This document shows, piece after piece, positions 24,501 through 36,500 of a stretch of DNA of 53,060 bases. Made by a program: the position numbers and the translations under genes. The notes beneath the pieces were generated by a model. That model searched no databases. It was not told the origin of the DNA and saw only the letters and a list, made by a program, of their open reading frames with translations. This DNA is from Phoronis australis (Eukaryota > Animalia > Phoronida), in contig NMRA01000745.1 of NCBI GenBank assembly GCA_002633005.1, positions 9,841 through 62,900 of the forward strand, written 5' to 3'. The first letter of the stretch is position 1. The number at the start of each line of letters is the position of its first letter.

Positions 24501-27500
24501 AGGATGCGACCAAACAGCAATAAAACCGTCGGCGTGCCGTTTTAGAGCTTAAATGAACAGTCTCCATGCTGAGTTCCATATACATGTAAAATCCTATATC
24601 GTTCACTGCTAAGACAATAAATACGCATAAGCGCGTATTTAAAGCAACACGTCCTGTATATGAAACTACACAAATAGCAAGAAATATCTGGAAGTACATA
24701 ACCCATAGGCGAAAAAAAATTTTGAACAAAAGACAACTACATGTACTTCCTAAACACATTGAAACTTGACTTTTCCGTTACAAAACGGTTCATGTTGACT
24801 TTGGAGTCCAAAATTTAACCTCCTTTAAATGAAACGTTCAAAGAAAGGACGACACATGAAAACACCCAGTTTAGACAAACGCACTCATACATGTACAGGA
24901 CTGTGGACCACGTCACTAAGCGAAAAGGTAGGCTCTATCTCCTATCACAGTACTCTACCCCTGCGATGCCAACTCTACCTATGTAAGATATTATTAGAGC
25001 TTGCGACCCCGAGACTAGACGCGAGAGTTCGCGGCTGAGAATAAAGGGTACCTGCTCGACTGAGTTTTGATTGATATAAAATTTTGCATGAATGCCTGAC
25101 TAAATTATTCACAGCAAGTGTGAGGTACCAATATTCTAAAACCTGTGTCTTTATACGGTAGAAATCTTTTGAATCACTGAAATTAAATCACTGGTAGTTT
25201 AAGTAGTCATTTATGGTTCATTTCATTTTGATGTTTCTGTTACTAGTTGGCGTTTTTTGCATTTTGGTAGCACACTCGGTTTTAAGAAATAAACAATATT
25301 TTAAACCGGTCAGGTATGCGAAATTACAATTACTTATGAATTAATATAATCACCAAGAACTGACAAAGGGCTTTGTAATGATACGGTTCTTGTGCAATTG
25401 GGTTGATAAACGGCAAAGTTGCGAAAAGTTTTAATAACTTTAAATTTCCTAACAATTACCCACAACAGAAAACGTAAATACTTGGCCCCACGCATGCGCA
25501 GCGCAAACTCAGCAGCTGTAAAGCCGGAGTTGGCATTCCAGGGCTAGAGTTCAATGCTCCTATATACAAAACACTTCAACACCGACTCTTTGTAAAACTC
25601 ACTGAGGATAGAATGCGTAACAGGATGGCAATACGGAGATGCAGCAAAAACTCTTATCAGGGGACAAGATCGAAGAGTGTGTAACCAGCACGAACTTGGT
25701 TGCATCTCTAAATTTACATTCCGTGCGATACTGGAAGGAGGAGGGCCAGAGACTATCCCGGTGCCTACCCTCTGACGTCACCACAGAAACAGAAACGTAG
25801 AATGCGTCTTGATATGATGGTAAAGGGTATCCCCGCATTGTGTATACAATAAACAGTTTTTCATGGAAGAAGCTAATTACATGTACGTGTCTTTTGGAAA
25901 GTGCTTTACCTATAGAATTGTTTGCGCGTAATGGCACCGGTGCGAATAGTGTGATCCTCAAACAACATCGAAGCAGCCAAGGTCAAGGGTGTTACCGTTA
26001 AATTACAGGTATGTTTAGTAATTGCAGTCCAAAATTTTGAAGTTCTAGAGGTGGGGCTGGCTTGGGGACTTTTTGGGCAGGCGTTACACGTAGGACTCGG
26101 TTTTATCTGCAATCTACTTCAAGAAGGCGAAGCCCCCCACCTCTGTTGCATTTGCGCATTGGTGGTGGCGACTGAGAATTTCGCTGCAAGTTCAGGTAGC
26201 CCTTAAACAAGTCAGAAATGCAAAAAGTGGTTGGTTGACAGTTTTTGGACTACATGTAATATTTTCAGCAACAACTTAAACACGACAATTGCGTTGGCTT
26301 ACCGAAAAAGTTTGCAGGGCAGTCGCACGAGGGAATGGGGGAGGTGTCGTTCGGCAGAAGAATGCAATTCCCACCATTCTTGCAGTAAGGGTAATTCTCC
26401 TTGCAGGGGTTAAAAACATTCACAAGGATCAATTGGCATAGAACTCTAGACAGTAGAGAGCCGGTGGCGTGCTCTGCGCCAACACAGAATCTTGTCCTTC
26501 CTGCAAGACAGTTTTATCAACAGTATGTTGGGCTTAAAAGTCTGCCTAGGTTTGCTGTTCTGTTTTCTAATTTTCAACAATTCAGTGAGTACCTAACATG
26601 CACACTAAAGTTTAAGAACTTTGTTTTTAAGTCATCTTTTGTTACATACATGTAACGCTAACCGAGACAGGTTACACTCGGACACACTAAGCTCAAACTT
26701 AGCTGTATTTCAAAAAAGGGGGAATTTCATGATTGGTAAGATAAATAAAGTTGATTACCCGACTGTTCAGGTTTAGGCTTCCACTCAATTTCAGTCGCTA
26801 GGCGATCGTCCACTATTTCCTCTTTGACTACGCGCATTTCTTCTGGCCCGAGGACTATTTTCAAACGCGGTCTAGATCTGTAAATAGACACGCACATGGG
26901 TCTAAAAATTCATGAGTCTGCAAACTATTATGTAGGTGTGTGTACATCATAGGATGTCGGGTCTTTCTGTCACCTAGGGAATTTTAGTAGCTGACAGTAA
27001 GATAAACTAAGCAAACTTTGTCGCATTGAAACACTATTTTTGGAACTTTTGTCAAAGACTACTTACGACCAGCGGCCAAATGTAATGCTGTTTACCAATT
27101 CATATGCCGCATGGACTAATGCCTTTGTCTTCATTATCGTGAACAACGTTACATTGGAAACCTGGTGTGTACTATCTCGCGACGATTGTCAAGGCACTTG
27201 TAGGCCGAGTCCATTTAATATCATTTAGTAAACGAACACAGTGGTGGATTTAGAGGGGGGTGGGGGCGAAGGGGGGCATGACCCCCTTAAAATTCTCCAA
27301 TATTCCATTGGGCAGTTCGGAAGTGCCTATGTCTGACAGGCAAAATCCTGGCCAATACTCGGCCCTGGCCCCCCTAACTCAAAATCCTGGATCCGCCCAT
27401 AGAACATGGCCGATAATATCTAGGTAGCAAACAAGATACAATGTCGTCATTACCTACATTGAAAATGACACATTTTGGCGAAAGATTTTGGAATCGCTAA

Positions 27501-30500
27501 GTCACGAAAAATTAGCATTGCACAGGTTTGTACATCACACTGGATCTGGTTTATAACAATTACACACAGAAAAATCAGGAACCCAAACTGGGAATCCATT
27601 CACAGGTTTCTAGATTGCCAGTCTTGTGCTCTAACCATTGACCTACTGAGGACCGATATCTGTGCAATTACAGTGTACAGCCAAATGTTATGTCATACGT
27701 CCCATGAGCGGCGTTTTACCTTTTTCGCAAGGGATTTGGACAATTATATACACAATCAGCAATTTACCAGTTTGTGTTAATTAGATGCATTAAATGTATA
27801 GACGCTGAGGTTGGCCAGTCTATATCAAATAAACTGATTGTATATATATGACAAAGCATAAATTAAACGGGCAATAAATCATACCTTCGAAAGAACACGG
27901 ATTGGACAAATTGAAGACGACTAATTGCGAATTAAGTCATGACGCTATTCTTAATGGTTTGGTTATGACGAAACTATTGCTCGTTTTTCTCAATAAATTC
28001 CACGAATAGCACTTGTTTTGAAGACAGGATACCATTATTGATGCAATCACAGACAGTGTGGGGTTGACGGGCTAAGCCATTCAACGGATGAGACAAATTG
28101 GTCACTACACAAGATGTAGATTTTTGAATCAACACTTTTAAAAGTTGTTAACTCGTCTTGTTTTATTCTGAAACTAACAGGAGATAAGAATTAGATGACA
28201 CTCCACACAAACAAGTCCTCTTACAAAGAAAATCTTCCTCACCAGAATTGCAATTTTTCCTGGCCATTTTGGTTTTCACCTATGGAATACTCTGTAATTT
28301 TATGAAAAGTAACCGTGCCCTTGTTGGGAATATTTTATTTAACTGGGCACTAGTGTAAAAACAATTATTCTGATGACGAAATCATTATTTCATATAATGA
28401 CTTCAATCTATACTTAAATCGCCGTTTTGTTAAAACCATGCAGCTTCGAAAAAAATAAAAAGGCAGGATTTTTCAAACCTGACAATTCGAAGATGGAATT
28501 TGCAAGACATCGTCAGTGCGCATCCATAGAATTAGAAAACATACCCATCGGCTGGCAACGTGGTAAAGAACTTCATTCGAAACGTGCTGCCTTTGAGAAC
28601 CACGTGAGACGACGTCTGCGGTTCCATAATCTCTATCGCTTTCCCTTCACAGTCTTTGAATAAAGTTGAAGTCGTCACAAGTATCTGCGGCAGGTTAGAT
28701 AAAAATACACTTAAAATGTGTGATATCATGGTGTGACACTTTTCAGGATTAGCTTGGTCATGGCAGTATGCGAAAATACAACTGGAGAGCGTTGACCATT
28801 GTTAAAATGGTTGCCCAATCACATATACAGCTAGAGCATTCAATGTGAGCTAGTGAAATCACATACCCTCCAAAAGTTAAGATGACCACAGAAACACGTG
28901 TTACGGCGAAGATTGTTACTCTCTTTCGTGCGTATATTTGTATATCCAGTAATTAAACGCTTGATTGGAATTAATAATCATGATTCACCTGTTGTTGTAA
29001 TCGAAAAAACTGTACCTGTAGAGGAACACTGCTCTTAGGCGAAAAAGAGAACTCGTCAGAAAAGTCTTCAAAAATCAGATTCACAGCATAGAATCCTTGA
29101 GGTCGGTAGTGGTTTCCGCTTGTAGCATTGAATGTTATGGTACAGTTTTTCTGGAAAAGAAGTAGTTAAAATCAAAAGTTGACGAATCATATTACTTCAT
29201 TAAGCATTGACACAAAGTATTTCCGCAAGGAATTCGTGAGGTTACCATTCAGTTATAATGACAATCTTTAAAGAGAAGACGATTTTTAAGAGTATTCGTC
29301 TAATCCGATCATTCTCTCCTCACGAACGAAACTAACCTCATCCAATCTGGCGCCAGGAAGTCCAATGCTCGCAGTGCCAGACTCTTCAGTTGTGGCCCAG
29401 CGACACCTTACGACATCGCCATCCACATCATCGGGCAGCGGTAGGTACAAGGAGTGCTCACAGCCAAAACTATATCTGAAGAATAGGTCTCAGTAAAGCC
29501 ACCAACTGAATCTAACTCACAACGTTACAAGGCAAATTGTACCCGCGCAAAGTAGTAAAGCTGTTTTGTCGCACTCCAACACTAGAGACGTAGAAAGAGT
29601 TGACGATTTTAAGTTAACGTATAACGAGACTTTCTCTTTTCAAGAGTGGCAATTTCTTTGATATATTCGAGAAATATTTCAAAAATATAAGTGAGGAGAT
29701 TGCGTTCTATTTGGAATGATTAGGTTTTTAGATGCGAATGTTTGTTTTTAAGTGTATTAGTTGAGGGGTTTTCTTTAAAACTGCCATTTATTTACAAACT
29801 GTCTCTTTTCTTGATTATACATGTACTTGTACATGCACGTCTCCAGCAAGTCACTAGCTGGCGATTGATACAATTTGAATATTCATGGCTTTAATCAGAC
29901 ATAGCATCTTCAACGCACCTGTAGTGAAGCCTTCTGAAGTTAGCAACCGCGGGACTGTGGTTGTTTAAAATGAATGTACCGTTAGCAAACGCATTTAGCC
30001 TGTATTCATCCACGAATCTCCAAGAGAGAGGAGCCCAACCGCTCCCCTGGAACCTGGAAGTGTAAACGTTTGATAGGTTTCAATAACATGCAGGTCATTT
30101 TTGTCACGATCAGCGCTATCTTTTTCACAACAACCGTAACTAAGATCATTATCATCACCATCATCACCAGAAGCAGCCTGATGACTACAATATATTTCAC
30201 CCTCGAAAGAGTCATCGTCTTCGCCAACATCACCAACGACGTCATCGTATCCATAATTACTATCGTTATCACCAGAGGCATGATTTCAGTTATCACCATG
30301 GCAACCATCACTGTCAATTACGAAAATGCACTTTTCTTGATCGTCGTCATTGTAACCGTCATCGTCTGCACCACAGTGACATCAACCACACTTACGGAAT
30401 TCACAATTACAATGTATGCTTCTGGTTTATCTAATATAACTGAAGTCTGTAACGAATGCCTTGTGATAAATATTCTTTAAATGAGAACATGGCGTTTACT

Positions 30501-33500
30501 TGCTTTTGATAACATGGGCACGGTTAAAGAAACACAAAATCTTCGAACATATATAAATTTGCAAACGTAGAACTAAATTGTCTTTAACGTTTTTTCCAAT
30601 CCTCACCGAAGAGAGAAATTAGAGATATCAGTCGTATCGTTGGGTAGCTTGATGACGAAAGACCCAAGTCCCATCTCGTAGTCTAGGTCATTCGAGGAGT
30701 GCCCTATGTTCACCTCTTCAATGTAGTACTTGTGGTCAACCGTCTGCACCACTGTCTCGTTGAAAATGACCACAATCTCTCCCACAGACTTCTTGCCACC
30801 TTTGCCTGTAAAATATTAATTTCTGTACTGGTATGAAGGATCTTGAAACAAACCTGTCAAAAACTCCCTTTGAGCTAAATATTTTAGATGCATGTGCACA
30901 AGCCTCGAAATAATTGAGAGTTTTTTACCCCGTAAACAGACTGACACGTCTACTAAAAAGTTACTGTTTCAATGCTTAAAATACCACGTGTACAATCTTC
31001 TCCAATTACATTGCATTCCAAGGTCCTCTTCCATAGGTGGCGCACCTCACATTTTTCACTGGTGCACTGCCCATGTCTTGCGTTTTTCAATATTTTGGAG
31101 ATTGTAATGGGTGAAGACACTTGAGCACAATCGTCAGAGATGTTAATACAATGCTAAGATAAAACGGTAATTGTCTTTAGTGCCGACATTAGATACTGTT
31201 GAAACTTTACTCACCGACGTCCGAGACGTTGCAGCTGAAACCACACGGTCCAAATCCAAGTTTCCATTGAGATCTATATGTCACTAAAATCTGAAATTGG
31301 GAAGCAACTTCATATCTCAATTGCAATATCTACATGTATTAGAAAAAATCCCAGGTCACAGCTGCATAAAGTTAAAGGCTGCGCTTGCCAACACAAGCGC
31401 ATCACAAATCGCACGTCACTTAGCTGTCGTTGAGGAATGTTTATTACGTCACAGGGCAGTCAGAGTTACCAAGTGGATATGTGTTAAGTTTCTGAGAACC
31501 CAGTCCAGAAGCAGTATTAATGTCACCTATTTAAACTGATGAATTTCTAAGAATTTATTGTGGAAGGAATGAGATCCACAGAAACAACGACAAATTCAGG
31601 AAGCGTTCTTTTTTTATGAAGGTCAAGCATTCGCGTTCCCACCAATACTAGAAATTGCAGCACCACCGTCGGCTGCAAGTTCGGTAGAAGCAACATCAAC
31701 AGCAAAGCAAGGAATGACAGCAATGTAGTCGTAGAATTAGTAATGAAGTAGTGGTAGAAAACAAAAGCACCCAAACGAGCAGAAGCAACGTTATACAAGG
31801 AAAGCATTCACAGCGGATAACACACACGAGAGCACTTTCGATCTCTTTCTTAGAGTTTTGTCAAGCGCAGTAACATACGCAACAAGCATCTGTAATTGTG
31901 TGATCTGTACTGCACCTATTATATTGAATAAAATTCTAAAAGAAAAACATACGCATCATCTACACTTACTTTTCTCTTACGAAATACTAATGATGATCTT
32001 TTAACATGTTCCACCGTTCTACACAAAGAAACATCAACGATACAGAAATGCATTTGCAATTACGCCTCAGTTACTTTTGTGAAATGTTGAGATCATTTAC
32101 TTACGTGACCTCTTTCTCTCTTCCTCACCTCATTCGATGAGTTGTGCCCCTTAATCCAACTCATTGCACCCCCTATGTAATAGGGTCCTTTTTCACAACT
32201 GTCACCGTGGTACTCATAGCGGCACTCGCAGAAGTGATTTCGTCGTGTTACATTGAGAAAATCTGGGAATTAAGACAGTGTTTGCTCAAACAAATGTTGC
32301 ATAACTCTTAAGGCTACCTAGGAGTTTAATGAACGACCTCAACTACAAGTCAAATATCGAAAACACCATGCTTGGTCAACCACTAAAGTGTATAGTTGGT
32401 GATCTTAGAAAGATCATGGATTCTAAAGATATGCTTCTCACTGCTTTGTCTTTATTATCGTCACGTGACCACGTTCTTTAGTCAAATGTTCATGTGCAAA
32501 GATACATTAATAACATAACGACCCAGCCGATTTCACCAAAACTTCTTAAAGGGAAACTTTGCGAGTCTCAAAAACGCCACTAAGATTTTGATTTAATATG
32601 CCTAGTCTTCGCGTACCGAGCAATATGCGAATAAGACTACTTTTTTTTTCAAAAATGTGTTGTATTTTTCGACTTAAATTATTACAAAACACTAAAGTTT
32701 ACCAAATCTTTCTAACAGCCACTCCAACTGGCGGGAGTCAAATCTAACGCAAGAGGTCATGATGTACACTGGGGTCATATTCGACTCACTTCTCACAAAG
32801 AACAATCTTGGACAAATTAATTGAAATATTTTTGCAAATTGACCACGCCGATGGTATTATTGATTTTGATCAAGTTTACTACCTTAAGCTTTGACAATTT
32901 GTTGTGCAAATTTCCAACCTAATGCTTGATTTGACTGGTCCCAATTAAAAATGTTGTCATTTAAGCTTTCTAAAGAGGCATGGAACACGAAAACATCTTT
33001 CGGGGGAAATCTACTACTTGAGAGTTGCTCATTTTGAACGTGCAAGAATTTCTGCGTCAAATTCATTTCGAATCACATGATATAAAACGTCTTTCAATCC
33101 AAAACAGTTTGCAAAGTCACCGCCTCTATCAATGCACTCATGTGCTCAAAGAACAGAGACAAGAAAACTGTGTTTCTTTTTAAATGATGCAAAAACCCAC
33201 CAGCAAAGCCACAGACTAGCTGGTGCGCCATTCTTTCTTCACTGTTTTTTACGTCGGCGTAAGTAAGCGGTTTTTGGAATTTGGACACCTCACATTTTAC
33301 CTATCTGAATACACAAAAAATCACCGTTAATTTTTCTCGTTTCTGTTGCACTTTGACGACCGTCGTGTAATCTATTTAATAATCAAAGGGGTCACTCCTT
33401 CATTTCAAACGGCGTTCCAATGAATCATAGCAATTGAGCCTTCTTAAAAGTGCACCAGTTTCGATATCACGATGAACACTATGCATCTATTTAATTGGGA

Positions 33501-36500
33501 TTTGATCTTTCATTAATTCATATTTTTTTTGAATCGAGAAACACCTCACGTCTCCAAAATAGCTCAGTATGACGCTATAAATTGTGAAACATAATGTGGT
33601 GGTCTATTATTAAATGTCAATATATCAAAAACTCATCAACATTCAACATGTTTTACAAAGAAACTAATCTCTTTTGAGAGATTGAAATTAAAACTTAACT
33701 AAAAATAATAATCCAACCAACGGTAGTTTACAGTGTTTGACAAACGCAGCCGATTTCATAAAGGTGGTTTAACAAAACTAGGTCTAAGACTTAAATCTGG
33801 TCTTCCTAAACCTGGTCTAATTTTAGACCCAACTTGCATTTCACCAAGGTGGTTTAAAAGTCTGAAAGCCTGGTTTTGTTGGACCTGGGAGCCGGTTTAG
33901 TAAAACCAGGTTTAAATTATCTAAGCCACCCTGCTGTTTTGATCTGAATTAACCCAACAAAGAAGCTATTGAAGTGCTTCAATGAAACCTTGATCACAAG
34001 GGTACATAAGGGCACACACTAGTAGAGTCAGTGCGGACATTTGGGAAAAAGTTCTAAAAGCTTTTTTCATGAGAAAAAAATGTAATTTCTGTGCCCAACA
34101 CACGTACACACTTTAAAGTACATGCTTACGATTAGCCGCAACATGATATATGTCCAAATTTATTTCCGTGCGATTTTAGGTTTATTTTTTGCTGCCAAAA
34201 GGGAGGCAAGACACCCTCCTGGCAACACTAAACCGGAGACCAATGGAGGTGGAACTCAGAAGAATAAGAAGATGCTGTCTTCAGTTAAAACCTTAGCGCT
34301 TACGACAATGACGCCCGTCTCGACCAATCGTATTCTGAGGAATCCGCAAGACGCCATTTACGAGGTACTGGCCTACAAATAGGCGGATCAAAAGCTGCCA
34401 AGGGGTCCAGGCCGCCCTTTTCCTTGATTTTAGTGATATCAAATCTATAATTTTTAAGTTGTTGACTTGGTCCCTCCATTAAAAAAGCCCTTGACCGACC
34501 CCCCCCCGAAATTCCTTGATTCGCCCCTGCTACGTTTGATCTTGTGTCGTCACAAAACCGAATATTGAAAATAGTCCATTTTTGCTCAAAAACTGCGTCG
34601 TAAATGTACACCGCGGCCTCATGCAGTTGCACCTATATCATGTAAGTCTATCATATTTAACAGTTAAACCTGGGTCTGAACAAGTCTCAAGTTAAACCTG
34701 GCTTAAGATCTTAATGAAGGTCTATAAAATACAACCCTCGTTGGTGAAATGAAAACTGAAGTAGACCAGGTCTAAACTGGAGTTAAACCAGGTTTTACTA
34801 GACCATTGGTCTAAAAGTTAAGCCACCTTCGTGAAATGCAGATTATGTTTAAACCTGGTCTAAGTCCAGTTCAAACCAGGTTTAACTTTAAACCACCTTC
34901 ATGAAATGGGCTGATGTCGAAAGCTCTTGAAACGTAAATGGATTGTCTTGTTTTACACAACACGATTTAAAGAAAACTTTCTTCTAAAAAGCTTTAATTT
35001 CACCCACCATAGGAGTGAGAATTAACAAATGACAACTACTTACCAATACAATGTCGACGCTCAGAGATTTGTGACAAACGGGGGTCTTCGCATATGTGAA
35101 GCGCTCTCCCCAATGAACTGCGCTCGTATAAGGCACTACATAGATGATTAAAACTTCCGTTTGGTGTTTCAATCGTCACACTTGTCTCCACTTTCGAAGG
35201 TACGTTTTTACATTCCTGTACTAGGAAGACAAGACCGTCACACAATTCACAACTTTTGGTGTGTTTACAAATTAAAGAGTAGCAATAAATGAGAATATTT
35301 TGTTATTAGAATGGCCTCAAGAAAGTTTCGAAGTCACGACGTCGGCGATCTTAACCTGTCCCTTTGCAAGCGCAGTTAAATCACTGCGCAATTAGAAGAA
35401 TTCGGAGCGTTGTAGAAGGGTAAAAGTCTACCATCACAGCTCTCTATGCTAATATCCCTTCTAAAGAGAGCAAGTCTCCAAGTGATTAATCCCCTCTTCC
35501 GGTACACGCCCAAAAATACATGCTCACCCGCTCAAACAGGCCCAATTATAAAGTACCCCTTACCGCCAGAGCGCACTGATCATGTCTCAGAATAATAAAC
35601 CACCACCGTTGAAGACGCACAGCTTCCCCGTAGTATCGTGTGGCTTCTTTATGCACTGCCCATATTGTTTATGTCGTTAGTTAGAAGTATTGTTCGTATT
35701 GATTGACAAGACTACCGCAGGATATGGAGCCCATGGAATATCAGAAGAAAAACTACATAGAGCCCGGGCAAAAACAACTTGAAGAACAACATTAAACCAG
35801 TCTGGAATATCCCTTAGTTATTCAGCAAATCCACTAACTCCAAACCATCACAAACCCAAGATACTAAGCTTATATGTATATGAGCCTCCATTTGAAAGAC
35901 CGTAGAGAAGCCATGCGATGTCATGCGGGGTGTTTCTACGAAATGCACATTGTAGTTTTTTTTAATCGTATGGTTTGTGCACTGATTGTGAGAGGGTGGA
36001 AATTCGTACATGTACCTGTGCGAGGTGGGTAAGCGTGTGCGTGTGTGGCGTATGAGACTCAGTGAGGCCCTGTGTAGGGGTTGCTTTCTTGGGAGGCTGA
36101 GTAGCTTTCATGGGCGGAGGAGTTGTTTTCTCATGAAAGGTGTCTTTTTCTTGGGATGACAGCTGAGTTGATTTCTTGGGAAAAGGTGTTGCTTCCTCAG
36201 AGGGGGAGTTGCCTTCATGAGGGGAATACCTTTCTTGGCAGAAGAGTTGCTTTCATGGGAGATGTAGTTTCTTTCTTAGAAGGTACCTGATTTCATAGAA
36301 GGGAATGCTTTATTGGGAATGGGGCTTGCTTTCTTGAAAGTGGGGTTGCTTTCCGGGGAAAGGGAGATTCGTCCTTGTTTGGGGAGCTGCTTTATTGAAA
36401 GGGGAGTTGCTTTTTCAGAAGGCGGAGTTTCTTTCTTAGGAAAAGGACTTGCTTCCATGGTAGGGAGTGTTGCTTCCTTGGCAGGGTTAGTTGCTTTCCT

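Noticed and set aside
25599-26112. Minus-strand ORFs with acceptor/donor-like sites as extra gene A exons
   Set aside because: 26303 splices directly in phase to 24313 to complete an EGF ([13 protein letters not shown]); inserting these would break it.
30006-30480. Hydrophobic 136 aa and 103 aa ORFs
   Set aside because: Products of decayed trinucleotide repeat within an intron.
33747-34913. CRISPR-like array from recurring AAACCAGG/CCTGGT motifs
   Set aside because: Irregular spacing, both orientations, enclosed by TIRs in eukaryotic intron DNA; no cas genes.
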